DNA of 32,353 nucleotides from Acidimicrobiia bacterium (lineage in GTDB: Bacteria; Actinomycetota; Acidimicrobiia; Spongiisociales; JAHEDJ01), in NCBI GenBank assembly GCA_029210695.1, contig JARGFH010000044.1, positions 1 to 32,353 of the forward strand, given 5' to 3'. The translations under genes and the position numbers were made by a program. Positions 17,643 through 29,227 of this stretch are shown here, one piece after another. Positions within the stretch are counted from its first letter, which is position 1. Each line of letters begins with the position of its first letter. Below the pieces are notes generated by a model. That model saw only the letters and a program-made list of their open reading frames with translations, did no database searches and was not told the DNA's origin.

Positions 17643-20429
17643 GTGTTCGGTTGGGTCATTGTTGGCTCGGCGCTCGCCTACATCGGCTTGCTGTTCTTGA
17701 TCGCCCGCTATGCAGATCGCCGCGCCGAGCGCGGTCACAGCCTCATCGCCAACCCGTACGTCTACTCGCTATCGCTCGCCGTCTACTGCACCGCCTGGAC
17801 GTTCTACGGCAGTGTTGGAAGGGCGGCCTCCGCCGGCATCGGTTTTCTTCCGATCTACCTCGGGCCAACCTTGATGGCGGGGCTCTGGTGGGTCGTTCTT
17901 CGCAAAATAATCCGGATCAGCAAGCAGAACTCGATCACGTCGATTGCCGACTTCATCTCGTCTCGATACGGGAAAGGACTAGCGCTCGGCGTGATCGTCA
18001 CCGGCATCGCCGCGGTGGGCATCGTGCCCTACGTTGCACTCCAACTCGACGGAATCGCTACCAGTTTTGCGTTGCTCTGGCACTACCCGGACGTCACGTC
18101 GAGTGCTGTTGGTTTCACCGACCTCTTCGGAGGGACCGCTTTCTGGGTGGCGCTTCTGCTGGGGACGTTTGCAATCCTCTTTGGGACCAGGCACCTGGAT
18201 GTCACCGAGCACCATGAGGGTCTCGTAGCTGCTATTGCATTTGAGTCCGTCGTCAAGTTGTTTGCCTTCCTCGCCGTTGGGGTGTTTGTCACCTGGGGGC
18301 TGTTTTCGGGACCGGGCGATATCTTTACGAGAGCGGCTGCCGATACCGATATCTCTTCCTTGCTCCGATTCGAAGGCGGGGTCGAGGAGTACTGGGACTG
18401 GGGATGGCTGATGGTGTTGTCTGCACTGGCCATCATGTTCCTGCCGCGGCAGTTCCAGATGGCTGTGGTCGAAAACACCGATGAGAGCCATCTGAACAAG
18501 GCGATCTGGCTGTTCCCTCTCTACCTGTTCGTTATGAACCTCTTCGTTCTTCCGATCGCCGTCGGCGGGCGCCTCACGTTCGAGGCGGGATCGGTGGACC
18601 CGGACAACCTCGTGCTGCTGCTTCCCATGGCCGACGGTCAGCGACTGCTTGCCCTTGTGGCGTTCATCGGCGGCTTGTCTGCCGCCGCCTCCATGGTCAT
18701 CGTGGCCACTGTTGCTCTCTCCACCATGGTCTCCAACGATGTGGTGATTCCGGTGCTGCTCAGAGTTCGCTCCTTCCGCCTGGCCGAGCGTGGGGACGTT
18801 TCTTCGCTCGTGCTGGGCACCAGGCGGATCACCATCCTTTCGGTCGTTCTCCTCGGATATTTCTACTTCCGGCTGACCGAAGGAGCTCTGCCCCTGGTTT
18901 CGATCGGGCTGATCTCGTTCGCGGCAATCGCGCAACTTGCTCCTTCGATGCTGGGTGGGCTCTACTGGAAGCCCGGCAATCGCCGAGGCGCCATTGCGGG
19001 GATGGTTGCCGGATTCACGGTCTGGGCTTACACGCTCGCCATCCCAACCCTCGTCGAGAGCGGGCTCATGTCCGACGCCTTCATCGAGTCCGGGCCGTTC
19101 GGGATCGAGGCTCTCCGGCCGTTTGCCCTGCTCGGTCTGGAGGGGTTCGATCCGATCACCAACGGATTGTTCTGGAGTCTGTTGATCAACGCCGGCCTAT
19201 TCATGGTGGTGTCAATACTCACGGACCAGACACCGATAGAGCAGCGACAGGCTTCGATCTTCGTGGACGTGTTCAAGGGAGCCAGCGAACGAACCCAGGC
19301 ATCGGTATGGCAGGGCACCGCCTCGTTCGTCGAGTTGCGGTCGATTCTCGAACGAGTGCTGGGCTCGCAAAGGGCAGACGCGCTTCTGATGCGGTATGCG
19401 GCCACGCGGGGCATCGCCGAGTCCGGCGACCTGGAGGCCGACGCGGATTTGGTCACGTTCGTCGAACAAAGACTCGCCGGGGCAGTCGGGGCAGTCTCCG
19501 CCCGAGCGCTGGTTTCATCTGCTGTGGAAGAGGCCGTCCTCAGCCGCGACGAGGTCCTCGATGTGCTGGATGAAACGACCCGCGTCCTCGCCTACAGCCG
19601 GCAACTCGAGCAGCAACAGCGCGAACTGGAACAAGCGACTGAGGAGTTACAGAACGCCAACCTGCAACTTCTCGAGCTCGATCGGATGAAGGATGACTTC
19701 ATGTCGGCTGTGACGCATGAGCTCCGTACCCCGCTGACATCGATTCGCGCATTCACCGAGATACTGGATGACAACCCCGACCTCGATCATGATCAGCGCA
19801 GCCAGTTCCTCGACATCATCCTCAAAGAGAGCGAGCGGCTGACCCGCCACATAAACCAGGTCCTCGATTTCGCCAAAATCGAGTCGGGTACGCTCGAGTG
19901 GAAGATAGAGCTGCAGCCGCTGGGGCCGGTGGTCGAGGAGTCGCTGCAGCGTGTGGGCGAACTGCTCCGCCGACGGCACATAGACATGAGCATCGACCTG
20001 GGCCCGTCGGACCTGCAGGCGGAGTTCGACCACGATCGACTCATTCAAGTGATCATCAATCTGGTCTCCAACGCGGTGAAGTTCAGCGACCCGGACGAAC
20101 CGAGGGTGTGGGTGACCCTCCAGCAAGTTGACGGAGAGGCGCGGGTAACGGTCGCAGACAACGGCCCGGGGGTGCCGCCTGAACACCACGAGCTGATCTT
20201 CGAGAAGTTCCAGCAAGTCGCAGATGGGGACTCGGGCAAGCCGCGCGGTACCGGGCTCGGACTGCCAATCTCGAAGGAGATCATCACGCAACTGGGGGGT
20301 CGCCTCTGGATTGAAACCGCTCCAGGACCCGGCGCAGTGTTCTGTTTTGCTCTACCGTTGGCGGCCAGTCCGCCGGCTGACGATCCGGGAGGAGGTGAGG
20401 CAGTTGAACGCACGGATACTGATCGTTGA
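17643..20429 (+). CDS. CrbS/CbrA-like SLC5-STAC-fused sensor histidine kinase
   Basis: [47 protein letters not shown]-like [15 protein letters not shown]-box [32 protein letters not shown]. No PAS or receiver domain visible. Confidence 0.93.
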   Translation: MFGWVIVGSALAYIGLLFLIARYADRRAERGHSLIANPYVYSLSLAVYCTAWTFYGSVGRAASAGIGFLPIYLGPTLMAGLWWVVLRKIIRISKQNSITSIADFISSRYGKGLALGVIVTGIAAVGIVPYVALQLDGIATSFALLWHYPDVTSSAVGFTDLFGGTAFWVALLLGTFAILFGTRHLDVTEHHEGLVAAIAFESVVKLFAFLAVGVFVTWGLFSGPGDIFTRAAADTDISSLLRFEGGVEEYWDWGWLMVLSALAIMFLPRQFQMAVVENTDESHLNKAIWLFPLYLFVMNLFVLPIAVGGRLTFEAGSVDPDNLVLLLPMADGQRLLALVAFIGGLSAAASMVIVATVALSTMVSNDVVIPVLLRVRSFRLAERGDVSSLVLGTRRITILSVVLLGYFYFRLTEGALPLVSIGLISFAAIAQLAPSMLGGLYWKPGNRRGAIAGMVAGFTVWAYTLAIPTLVESGLMSDAFIESGPFGIEALRPFALLGLEGFDPITNGLFWSLLINAGLFMVVSILTDQTPIEQRQASIFVDVFKGASERTQASVWQGTASFVELRSILERVLGSQRADALLMRYAATRGIAESGDLEADADLVTFVEQRLAGAVGAVSARALVSSAVEEAVLSRDEVLDVLDETTRVLAYSRQLEQQQRELEQATEELQNANLQLLELDRMKDDFMSAVTHELRTPLTSIRAFTEILDDNPDLDHDQRSQFLDIILKESERLTRHINQVLDFAKIESGTLEWKIELQPLGPVVEESLQRVGELLRRRHIDMSIDLGPSDLQAEFDHDRLIQVIINLVSNAVKFSDPDEPRVWVTLQQVDGEARVTVADNGPGVPPEHHELIFEKFQQVADGDSGKPRGTGLGLPISKEIITQLGGRLWIETAPGPGAVFCFALPLAASPPADDPGGGEAVERTDTDR

Positions 20430-20775
20430 CGATGAGCCGAATATCGTCATCTCGCTCGAGTTCCTAATGCGACACGAGGGCTATGAAGTCGAGGTTGCCT
20501 CCGATGGGGAAGAAGCGCTCGAGCTCCTTGCCTCGTTTCAGCCGGATCTCGTCTTGCTCGACGTCATGATGCCGAAGTTGTCGGGTTTTGACGTTCTGCA
20601 GCGCATCCGAAACGACGCCGATCTTCCGAACCCGGTGGTGGTCATGTTGACTGCCAGGGGTCGGGAGGCCGAGGCAGAAAAAGGAAGGGCGCTCGGAGCG
20701 GACGAGTACGTCACGAAGCCATTCGCGACTCGAGACCTCGTTGCCGTCGTACACCGGGCCCTCGAAGGTCGATGA
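20404..20775 (+). CDS. Single-domain response regulator (receiver only)
   Basis: [44 protein letters not shown] 20404 follows SD GGAGGTGAGG and overlaps the kinase end. Confidence 0.9.
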   Translation: MNARILIVDDEPNIVISLEFLMRHEGYEVEVASDGEEALELLASFQPDLVLLDVMMPKLSGFDVLQRIRNDADLPNPVVVMLTARGREAEAEKGRALGADEYVTKPFATRDLVAVVHRALEGR

Positions 20776-22865
20776 GAGGCCGCCGTTTCGAATCGACTGT
20801 GGCCGGCGTCGGCGCGGTCGCCACGGCCGTCGGCTATGTCGCTGCGTTGTGGATTGTCTGGGCGGGACTCGACGAAGCAGGTCGTGAGGGCTTCGGCGAG
20901 GTGCTCAATCTCCTGGTGCCTATCGGCCTGGCACTGGTGGCACTCGCCGGTGTCGTGGCCGGTCGGTTCTTTCGTTCGTTCATGGTGGCGACGCGCCGGA
21001 TGGCCGACGAAGTTGACCTCATCGCCACAGTCAATCCGGCCCACCGCATCGACCCGGGCGGTCCGACCCATCTGCGCAAGCTGGGGTGGTCCATCAATCG
21101 TCTGGCCGGGCGACTGTGGGAGAGCCTCGAGGATCAGGAGGCGGCGGTCGAGGCAGGCAGGAAAGCGGTCGGACATGAGAAGGAACGCCTGGCGGCGCTG
21201 ATGTCCGACCTCGCGCAGGGTGTCATCGTCTGCAACCTCGATGGACAGATCCTGCTCTATAACGGCGAAGCCCGGAACCTCCTGGCCGGCGAGGACGCGA
21301 ACTATGTCGGCCTGGGGAGGTCGGTTTTCGCGTTTCTCGATCGCAATGTCGTTCTCAATGCTCTGCATCATCTGCAACTGCGAGCCGAACGTGGTGCCAA
21401 AGTGCGTCCCCAACGCTTCGTCGCCACGATCCCTTCCGGCTTCGTCCTCCGCATGACCATGGTCGCCGTTCGCGATACTGCGGGGAGTTTCACGGGGTTT
21501 GTGCTGACACTGGAAGATGTGACGCACGAGCGAGCGGCCCGCGGCCGGCGCGATCAACTGCTTCGTTCCCTCACGCACGAGGCTCGTCAATCCGTCGCTG
21601 GAATCCGGGCGGCGATCGAGACCATCCTCTCGTATCCGGAGATGTCCGGCGGTGACATCGAGCGGTTCCGATCGGTGATCGCCGAGGAGGCCGAGCGGCT
21701 ATCGGCTCGGATCGACGACGTATCGGCCCAACACGCGGCAACACTCGAGTCGGCCTGGGAACTCGACGACATGCTCGGCGACGACCTTCTGCTGGCGCTG
21801 GCGAACCGGGTGGAGAGTTCCACGGGATTCCACGTGTCGACGGACGTCCGAGAGGATTCACTCTGGGTGAAGGTCGACGGTCTCGCCCTGATCGACCGAT
21901 TGGCCGCGGTGGCAGTCCACATGGCGGAACAGGTCGGGGCGGGCTCGATGGCCATCCGGATGCAGGAGGTAGGTCAGTTCGCCGCCCTCGACGTCGAATG
22001 GCCGGAGGCCGGAATCACTGAGTCCATGGTGGCTGCTTGCATGAAGGAGTCTTCGGTCGGCGAAAAAGATCTCGAATCTCTCGTCGCGTTGCACGGGGGC
22101 GAAGTCTGGTGCGAAACGGGGTCTGATGGGAATCCGTTCTTGCGAGTGCTTCTGCCGAAGGCCGTCGCAGTTCCGGCGCTGGCACTGCGGGTGCTCGATG
22201 AGGGTCGTCCGGAGTTCTACGACTTCGATCTATTCGAACAGCGGGAGACGGCATCCAGCCTCGACGATCGGCACCTGCGCGATCTGGTGTTCACCGTGTT
22301 CGACACCGAGACGACGGGACTCGATCCCAGCGGGGGAGACGAGATCATCTCGATTGGTGCCGTTCGGATCCTCAACGGGAAACTGCTCCGATACGAGGCA
22401 TTCGATCAGCTCGTCGATCCCCGTCGGTCCATTCCGGCCGAGTCGTACCAGATCCACAGAATCGACGCGGAGATGCTCGCCGGGCAGCCCACCATCGATG
22501 TCGTGCTTCCCCGCTTCGCCCGGTTCGTCGAGGATACGATTCTCGTCGGTCATAACGTCGCCTTTGATCTGAAGTTTCTTCAACTGAAGGAGGATTCCAC
22601 GGGGGTAACCCTCTCCAATCCGGTCCTTGACACCCTGCTGCTCGCCGCCGTCGTCTACCCGGAGTCGGATGTGCACAGTCTCGAGGCCCTCGCCCGACTG
22701 GTGGGAGTGCCGGTAACCGGACGGCATACCTCGCTGGGCGACGCACTGGTCACCGCAGAGTTGTTCCTGCAGCTCATCCCTCTGCTCGAGGCACGCGGCT
22801 TGCGCACGTTCGCGCAGGTGCAGAGAGCAGAGAAAGAGACGTTCTATTCTCGACTGGAATACTGA
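20772..22865 (+). CDS. Membrane-anchored HAMP/PAS/pseudokinase protein fused to a DEDDh 3'-5' exonuclease (DnaQ-like)
   Basis: Two N-terminal TMs; PAS-like [18 protein letters not shown] and FVLTLEDVT; DHp-like [17 protein letters not shown]; Exo[10 protein letters not shown], ExoII GHNVAFD, Exo[11 protein letters not shown]. Confidence 0.9.
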   Translation: MRGRRFESTVAGVGAVATAVGYVAALWIVWAGLDEAGREGFGEVLNLLVPIGLALVALAGVVAGRFFRSFMVATRRMADEVDLIATVNPAHRIDPGGPTHLRKLGWSINRLAGRLWESLEDQEAAVEAGRKAVGHEKERLAALMSDLAQGVIVCNLDGQILLYNGEARNLLAGEDANYVGLGRSVFAFLDRNVVLNALHHLQLRAERGAKVRPQRFVATIPSGFVLRMTMVAVRDTAGSFTGFVLTLEDVTHERAARGRRDQLLRSLTHEARQSVAGIRAAIETILSYPEMSGGDIERFRSVIAEEAERLSARIDDVSAQHAATLESAWELDDMLGDDLLLALANRVESSTGFHVSTDVREDSLWVKVDGLALIDRLAAVAVHMAEQVGAGSMAIRMQEVGQFAALDVEWPEAGITESMVAACMKESSVGEKDLESLVALHGGEVWCETGSDGNPFLRVLLPKAVAVPALALRVLDEGRPEFYDFDLFEQRETASSLDDRHLRDLVFTVFDTETTGLDPSGGDEIISIGAVRILNGKLLRYEAFDQLVDPRRSIPAESYQIHRIDAEMLAGQPTIDVVLPRFARFVEDTILVGHNVAFDLKFLQLKEDSTGVTLSNPVLDTLLLAAVVYPESDVHSLEALARLVGVPVTGRHTSLGDALVTAELFLQLIPLLEARGLRTFAQVQRAEKETFYSRLEY

Positions 22866-22878
22866 CGTTCGTAGGCTA

Positions 22879-22922
22879 CCTATTGCCTGTTGCCTGTTGC
22901 CTATTGCCTATTGCCTGTTGCC
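22879..22922. repeat. Heptamer tandem repeat (CCTRTTG) x6 between convergent genes
   Basis: cctattg cctgttg cctgttg cctattg cctattg cctgttg. Confidence 0.9.
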
Positions 22923-22925
22923 CGG

Positions 22926-25900
22926 CTAGCTGTGGACGATGCCCGCTTCGGCGATGAGTCGGCGCAGTTCCGGCTCGAGCAAGGTCAGCTCGGCCTGCAA
23001 ACTCGGCCACGCACTCGTCGCCCCTGCGAGGTCGCCGGCTTTGGCGATGTCGTTTAGATGGCGGGCGGCGCCAAAGGTGCCTGTAGCCCCGAGCAGCCCC
23101 GAGCTGCCCTTGATCCGGTGTGATGCCCCGGCGATAGCCGTCAGGTCGTTCCGGTCGAATCCTTCAGCGATCGCTTCCGAGAGCATCTTCGCTTCCTCCA
23201 GGAAGAGCTCGGCCATTTCAGCCAGCACGTCGAGCATTCCTTCGACCCGGGCCAATCCGTCTTCGCGGTCGAACACGACAGGACGGGGTTGCTCGGGCGC
23301 TGCCTCCGCCGGTGCACCGGAGACGCTTCCGTGTGGAACCATCTGCTCCAGAACGGCGAAGAGCTCCTCGGCTCGGAATGGTTTTGCCAGAAATCCGTCC
23401 ATTCCGGCTTCGAGGCAACGGTCGCGATCGGAGTCCATCGCGTGAGCGGTGAGAGCGATTATGGGCAGATGGTGGTCGGCGGCCTCGTTGGTGCGGATAA
23501 CCGCGGTTGCTTCCAGGCCATCCATTCCCGGCATCTGGACATCCATCAAGACTGCGTCGAAGCTCCCATCGGCGACCGCCCGAACGGCCTCGTATCCATT
23601 CTCGACTGCTACCGCGACGTGACCGCGCTTCTCCAGGAGCCGCAGCGCCAGACGCCGGTTGGTCGGGCTGTCGTCGGCAACGAGGACCCGCATCCTGGTT
23701 CTTCGTTCTCGAATCCAATGCCGCGTGACGAGGAGATCGGGACGGGAGGGGCCGGAGAGGACTCGAACAATCTCGAGTAGCTCGGATGAGCTGATCGGTT
23801 TGGCAAGGTAGCCAGATGCGCCGGCCGAACGGTATTCGCTAGCTTCGCCGCGTTGACCGGATGTCGGACAAACAACAACGGGTATGCCGTTGAAGGCCCC
23901 ATGTCCAGACACCCGGGAGGCCATTCCGAGGGTGTCTTGTTCGTGCTCGATGATGATCACATCCGGTCGACGACGGAGTCGCTCGATCTTCGTCATGACT
24001 TCGACCGCATCCGGGAGGCCCATCGCCCCGACGGACGACACCCCTCCCTGGCGGAGCATCTCTGTCAGGTTGCGCTGGGCGGCGGCGGAGTCGGTGATCA
24101 GCAGAGCATGAACATTGCCGGACGCTTCGGGACCGAGGGATTGCAGCAAGACTGCCTCGTCATCAGCCACGCCGAGTGAGGCTGTGAAATGAAAGGCGCT
24201 TCCAGAGCCGAGGGCGCTCTCCACCCAGATGCGACCGCCCATCTTCTCGACCAGTTCGGCAGTGATAGTCAGCCCGAGCCCCGTCCCTCCGAACCGGCGG
24301 GTGGTTGAACCGTCTGCCTGGGCGAATGCCTCAAAGATCTTCTCCTGCTTGTCGGCAGGGATTCCCACCCCGGTGTCTGCAACGGAGACATGGAGGTCGA
24401 TGTTGGAGTCGGTGAGCGCGGTGGCGTTGACAAACACGCTGATCCCACCGACATTGGTGAACTTCACCGAGTTGCCTACCAGATTGAACAGAATCTGACG
24501 GATCCGCCCGGGGTCTCCAACGACGGCGTCCGGTATGTTGGGGTCCAGTTGGTAGTTGAGAGCGAGGCCTTTGGCTGCGGCCCGCACGGCGATCGTCCGA
24601 ATGGTGTCTCCGACGGTCTCGGCGAGGCTGAAGGGGATGGCCTCCAGTTCGAGTTTACCTGCCTCGATCTTCGACACGTCGAGCAGATCGTTCACCAACG
24701 TCAAGAGGCTGTCGACCGACAACTTGACAGTTCCGAGGTACTCGCGCTGTTCCCCGGTCAAATCCGTCGCAAGTGCCAGTTCCGTCATCCCCTGAATAGC
24801 GTTCATCGGAGTCCGGATCTCATGGCTGACGTTGGCAAGGAATTGCGACTTGGCGTCTGTTGCCCTCTCCGCCGTCTCCTTCGCTTCCCGCAAGGCAGAC
24901 TCGGCGGCAACCCGCCTTTGCTCCGTCCTGATCGCATCCGTTAGGCCGGCGATCGTCGCGATGAACGGTTCGACCTGCTCGGCCAATTCTTGCGAGTACC
25001 CACCTGGACGATTGGCGATGGCGATGACCCCGACCACCGAGCCCGCTTGCCGGAAGGGAACGATCATTATCGAGTCGAGGTCATCGGCGTTGCCCGGATA
25101 AAGGGGAAGATCTTCGCGGGTGGGACGAGAGGCGATCACGGTTTCCTGGGTTCCCAGCGCCAGCCCGATCAGCCCCCCTGACGAAGCCGTTGTGCAGTCG
25201 GTCGCGTCGTTCTGCCACCCGGCGCCGCGGGCAGCGCGAACCAGTAGGTGGGATTCGTCGTCCACGGGAAGCATCTCCGCAATGAGGCCCCAGTTGCTGT
25301 TCGTCAGCCGGAGGAGGTCGTCGAGTAGGGATTCGAACTGATCAACCCGGCTTCCACTCGTGCGAATGAAGCGAAGCTGTGCGTTGGCGACGCTGTCGAG
25401 GAGTTCGTTTTTGGCGGCGAGATCTCGCTGCGTGTTTCTCAATCTGGAGACGTCGACGATGGAAACGAGGACCCGCCCGAGGTCGAGGCCGCCCTTGCCG
25501 TCGGGAGGCGCCTCCCAATGCATCACACAGTCGAACGGGTTTCCTTTCAATGTTGTGCCCGAGAAGTCGATGACGAGATGATCCTGTCTCGCCCAGATGG
25601 CAACGAGTTGCTGGAGGAACGACCTCCTGGCATCTTCGTCGACCGTCTCCGCATTGATCGATCCGAGCAGGTCCTCGGGGCCGTCGGCCTCCAAGAGAGC
25701 AACTGCGGCTTCGTTGACATCGATCACACGGATGGCGGCAAGAGCCTGGTCGAATACGTCGGGATTGTCGATCAGATGGCTGCGAAGGTCGACGACCCCA
25801 TCGGTCCGCAAACGATCGAGGATCGCGGCGGCGCCGCGGTAATCCTCCTGCCAGATCGACGTTGGAGCGCGGGCGAAGAGCGCCTGATAGCCGAGCTCAC

Positions 25901-26468
25901 TGTTCTGGACCGCGGTGGCGATCCGATGGAGAGCGCCGGCGATGACCACGAAGACCGCCACTTCGAGAGCCATGGTGAACAGGTGTGTCTGCCGGGCACC
26001 GGCAAAGACCCCCGATCCCTGGTCTGCCGCCCACAGGACCTGGAGAGCCCAGATGGTCCCCAGATAACCGAGGTAGATGACCAGCCGTCGGCCGCGGACG
26101 AACAGACTTCCGACCGCACCGAAGGCCGCCACACCCACGAGGAGGGGGCTCCAGCGCTCGGCTGGTTGAACGGGCATCTCGACGGCAGCCAGGGTTGCCA
26201 CAACGAGAATCAGTTGCGCAGCATTCACACTGCCTCGGTGCAACTGGAGAAACGCGAACCCGCCGGTTACGAGCGAGAGGGATGCCAGGAAGGCTATACC
26301 CGCGTCGGAAAAGGCGGCGGCGGCGATCAGGAGGGGTATGCCGAGGAGAACCCCGCCCCACTGAAGGCCGCGAACGACGGCACCTTCGATGGCGGCGGAC
26401 GTGCTTTCTACAACGTCGCGTTGCGAGACGGGTGCGATCTCCGCCCGGGTTCCCAGTGGCACAGCCAT
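22926..26468 (-). CDS. Hybrid sensor histidine kinase (TM, PAS, GAF, HisKA, HATPase, two receivers, Hpt)
   Basis: [51 protein letters not shown]; receiver [23 protein letters not shown]; Hpt SHRIKGSS. Confidence 0.95.
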   Translation of the reverse strand: MAVPLGTRAEIAPVSQRDVVESTSAAIEGAVVRGLQWGGVLLGIPLLIAAAAFSDAGIAFLASLSLVTGGFAFLQLHRGSVNAAQLILVVATLAAVEMPVQPAERWSPLLVGVAAFGAVGSLFVRGRRLVIYLGYLGTIWALQVLWAADQGSGVFAGARQTHLFTMALEVAVFVVIAGALHRIATAVQNSELGYQALFARAPTSIWQEDYRGAAAILDRLRTDGVVDLRSHLIDNPDVFDQALAAIRVIDVNEAAVALLEADGPEDLLGSINAETVDEDARRSFLQQLVAIWARQDHLVIDFSGTTLKGNPFDCVMHWEAPPDGKGGLDLGRVLVSIVDVSRLRNTQRDLAAKNELLDSVANAQLRFIRTSGSRVDQFESLLDDLLRLTNSNWGLIAEMLPVDDESHLLVRAARGAGWQNDATDCTTASSGGLIGLALGTQETVIASRPTREDLPLYPGNADDLDSIMIVPFRQAGSVVGVIAIANRPGGYSQELAEQVEPFIATIAGLTDAIRTEQRRVAAESALREAKETAERATDAKSQFLANVSHEIRTPMNAIQGMTELALATDLTGEQREYLGTVKLSVDSLLTLVNDLLDVSKIEAGKLELEAIPFSLAETVGDTIRTIAVRAAAKGLALNYQLDPNIPDAVVGDPGRIRQILFNLVGNSVKFTNVGGISVFVNATALTDSNIDLHVSVADTGVGIPADKQEKIFEAFAQADGSTTRRFGGTGLGLTITAELVEKMGGRIWVESALGSGSAFHFTASLGVADDEAVLLQSLGPEASGNVHALLITDSAAAQRNLTEMLRQGGVSSVGAMGLPDAVEVMTKIERLRRRPDVIIIEHEQDTLGMASRVSGHGAFNGIPVVVCPTSGQRGEASEYRSAGASGYLAKPISSSELLEIVRVLSGPSRPDLLVTRHWIRERRTRMRVLVADDSPTNRRLALRLLEKRGHVAVAVENGYEAVRAVADGSFDAVLMDVQMPGMDGLEATAVIRTNEAADHHLPIIALTAHAMDSDRDRCLEAGMDGFLAKPFRAEELFAVLEQMVPHGSVSGAPAEAAPEQPRPVVFDREDGLARVEGMLDVLAEMAELFLEEAKMLSEAIAEGFDRNDLTAIAGASHRIKGSSGLLGATGTFGAARHLNDIAKAGDLAGATSAWPSLQAELTLLEPELRRLIAEAGIVHS

Positions 26469-26475
26469 AGTTGAC

Positions 26476-26502
26476 TTGTCGGCCGCGATCCGGCGGTCTT
26501 GA
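26476..26502 (-). promoter_or_regulatory. Putative sigma-28 (FliA/WhiG) promoter, leaderless
   Basis: Minus strand TCAA-N15-GCCGACAA, with the ATG 7 nt downstream; consensus is TAAA-N15-GCCGATAA. Confidence 0.6.
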
Positions 26503-26601
26503 CGACTTATCGATCACCGCCCCGGAGGCACGAAAGCCGGCTGAACGACCAAAGGGCGGTCCCGGTCACGTTGCACAACGAGACGTTGAGCTGGTCGAGG
26601 C

Positions 26602-27027
26602 CTACTGCCGGGTGCTCAGCAACTCCCGGCCACCGAGGAAGACGGTGTTGAGCGCACCCGCTCCGGTGATTATGAGTCCGAAGGCCGGCTGGCACAGGGT
26701 GCCTTCATCGAGGGTGCACTCGGAGGTGCCGGTCACCATCAGCCAGATAACCAACCCGAGCGCAACAGCTCCACCGAGTGCCGGCAAGAACCGGTAGAGC
26801 GTATGGCGGGTTGAGAACACCCCTGCCAGGCCAACAGCCGCTGCCCATAGCGAGATCATCCCCCAGTTGTCGAGGCCGTACACCGGACCGGCCACAGTGT
26901 TCCACCAGCGCAGCATGCTGCCGATCAGCACGACGAGAAGGCTCACGAGCAGCCAGATCTGCGTAGGTCCGAACCAGGGGAAACCTGGGCGGCGACGGGG
27001 CACTTTGGTGGACGGGGTTTCCGACAT
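26602..27027 (-). CDS. Hypothetical 4-TM membrane protein
   Basis: ATG-initiated 141-aa ORF with four hydrophobic segments ([19 protein letters not shown]) and a Cys pair in a loop. Confidence 0.7.
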   Translation of the reverse strand: MSETPSTKVPRRRPGFPWFGPTQIWLLVSLLVVLIGSMLRWWNTVAGPVYGLDNWGMISLWAAAVGLAGVFSTRHTLYRFLPALGGAVALGLVIWLMVTGTSECTLDEGTLCQPAFGLIITGAGALNTVFLGGRELLSTRQ

Positions 27028-27076
27028 GCGCCCATCCTCACGCGCGAAACGGGGTTCGGCAAACCGTTTGCGTCGA

Positions 27077-27165
27077 GTGGTTCAGCACCCGCTGCGGACC
27101 GCTCACCGCCCATATCGACCGGTCGGCGGCACTCCGTGGTGTAAGAGGTGGTGCTTCCGTAGCAT
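27077..27165 (+). promoter_or_regulatory. Putative LytTR-activated acs promoter
   Basis: ACCGCTCA (27098) and ACCGGTCG (27118), a weaker GTGGTTCA (27077), and -10-like TAGCAT at 27160. Confidence 0.5.
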
Positions 27166-27233
27166 GTCATTTGTCAGGGCGTGTCCCTCGAATTGTGATG
27201 TGCCCGCGTCGCGGGCGGCAGGAAGGAGCTTTT

Positions 27234-29195
27234 GTGTCAGACAGCAGCCGTCAGGCCATCGAGAACCTCTCCACGGAGAACCGGGTCTTCCCACCGTCCG
27301 ACGAATTTGCCGCGCAGGCCAACGCAAAACCAGGCCTTCACGAACAAGCTGAAGAAGACTGGCTCGGTTTCTGGGAGCAGCAGGCAAGGAGCCGGATCAC
27401 CTGGTTCAAGGAACCGACAGAGATCCTCGACGACTCGAATCCGCCCTTCTTCAAGTGGTTCAAAGACGGCGAGCTGAACGTCACCTACAACTGCCTAGAC
27501 CGTCATCTCTCCTCTCAAGGCGACAAGGTCGCCTATCACTGGATCGGAGAACCCGGCGACACCCGGACGTTCACCTACCGCGAGCTATACGAAGAGGTCA
27601 ATCGCTTCGCCAACGGGCTGGTAGAGCTTGGTGTCGCGAAAGGCGATCGGGTCGCCATCTACATGGGGATGATCCCCGAACTACCGATTGCGATGCTCGC
27701 ATGCGCCCGCATCGGCGCACCCCACTCCGTAGTGTTCGGCGGATTCTCCTCGGACGCGCTGGCCGACCGCATCAACGATGCAGAAGCCAAGGTCGTTATC
27801 ACCCAGGATGGGGCCTGGCGACGCGGGAGTGTGGTCCCACTCAAGGTGAACGCCGATGTTTCGGTAGCGCAAAGCCCATCGATCGAGCACGTGGTGGTCG
27901 TGAAGCGCACAGACAACGACGTGATAATGACCGAGGGTAGGGATGTCTGGTACCACGACCTCATCGAAGGGAAGCCGACGGAGTTCGAGCCGGCCGTGAT
28001 GAACGCTGAAGACCTCCTCTATATCCTGTACACATCGGGTACGACCGGAAAGCCGAAGGGAATCGTTCACACGCAGGGCGGCTATCTGGCGGGTGTGACT
28101 ACGACGCACAGTTACGTTTTCGATATCAAACCGGACGACGTGTACTGGTGCGCAGCCGACATCGGGTGGGTCACCGGCCACTCCTACATCGTCTATGGGC
28201 CACTCGCCAACGGCACGACCGGCGTGATGTACGAAGGTGCGCCCGACTGGCCGGAGAAGGACCGCCTGTGGAAGATCATCGAGGATTACAAGGTCACCAT
28301 CTTCTACACGGCTCCAACCGCGATTCGTGCCTTCATGAAGTGGGGCGACGAGTTCCCTGCGGGGCACGACCTGAGCTCGTTGCGCGTACTCGGCACGGTC
28401 GGCGAGCCGATCAACCCCGAAGCCTGGATGTGGTACCACGAGCACATTGGCGGCAGCAGCCGTCCGATTGTCGACACGTGGTGGCAGACCGAGACCGGTG
28501 CCATCATGATCACCCCGCTGCCCGGCGCGGTACCAACCAAACCCGGGTCTGCCACGTTTGCCTTCCCCGGAATCTCGGCAGACGTCATCGATGAAGAAGG
28601 CAACTCGGTCCCGCTCGGTGGCGGAGGGTTTCTGGCCATCCGGCGTCCCTGGCCATCGATGCTGAGGACCATCTACGGCGACCCGGATCGCTACGTGCAG
28701 ACCTACTGGTCACGCATGGAGGGCGTCTACTTCCCGGGTGACGGCGCCAAGCGAGACGAGGACGGCTACTTCTGGCTCCTCGGCCGTGTCGACGATGTCA
28801 TGCTGATCGCAGGCCACAACATTTCCACCACCGAGGTTGAGTCTGCTCTCGTTTCACACCGGGCAGTTGCAGAGGCGGCCGTCGTCGGCCGCAAGGACGA
28901 AATCACCGGCCAGGCAATTGCGGCGTTCGTCACGTTGCGCGCCGGTGAAATCGGAGACGACAAACTGCTCCACGAACTGCGGGATCATGTCGCGGAGAAG
29001 ATCGGTGCGATCGCCAAACCGAAGAGCATCGTGTTCACCGACGACCTGCCGAAAACCCGGTCGGGCAAGATCATGCGGCGTCTTCTCAAAGACATCTCGG
29101 AGGAGCGGCAGCTAGGCGATGTGACCACGCTGGCGAACGAATCGGTGGTGCAGGCGATTGCCGCCATGTCGCAGACCAAGCCGAGCGACGAGTAA
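27234..29195 (+). CDS. acs: Acetate--CoA ligase (AMP-forming acetyl-CoA synthetase)
   Basis: [71 protein letters not shown] 27234 follows SD AAGGAG. Confidence 0.97.
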   Translation: MSDSSRQAIENLSTENRVFPPSDEFAAQANAKPGLHEQAEEDWLGFWEQQARSRITWFKEPTEILDDSNPPFFKWFKDGELNVTYNCLDRHLSSQGDKVAYHWIGEPGDTRTFTYRELYEEVNRFANGLVELGVAKGDRVAIYMGMIPELPIAMLACARIGAPHSVVFGGFSSDALADRINDAEAKVVITQDGAWRRGSVVPLKVNADVSVAQSPSIEHVVVVKRTDNDVIMTEGRDVWYHDLIEGKPTEFEPAVMNAEDLLYILYTSGTTGKPKGIVHTQGGYLAGVTTTHSYVFDIKPDDVYWCAADIGWVTGHSYIVYGPLANGTTGVMYEGAPDWPEKDRLWKIIEDYKVTIFYTAPTAIRAFMKWGDEFPAGHDLSSLRVLGTVGEPINPEAWMWYHEHIGGSSRPIVDTWWQTETGAIMITPLPGAVPTKPGSATFAFPGISADVIDEEGNSVPLGGGGFLAIRRPWPSMLRTIYGDPDRYVQTYWSRMEGVYFPGDGAKRDEDGYFWLLGRVDDVMLIAGHNISTTEVESALVSHRAVAEAAVVGRKDEITGQAIAAFVTLRAGEIGDDKLLHELRDHVAEKIGAIAKPKSIVFTDDLPKTRSGKIMRRLLKDISEERQLGDVTTLANESVVQAIAAMSQTKPSDE

Positions 29196-29227
29196 CGACG
29201 CCGTCCGGATGGCAGGGAGGAGGAAAG

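Noticed and set aside
20772..22865. Annotation as dnaQ (DNA polymerase III epsilon)
   Set aside because: The TM/PAS/pseudokinase fusion and operon context argue against a replisome role.
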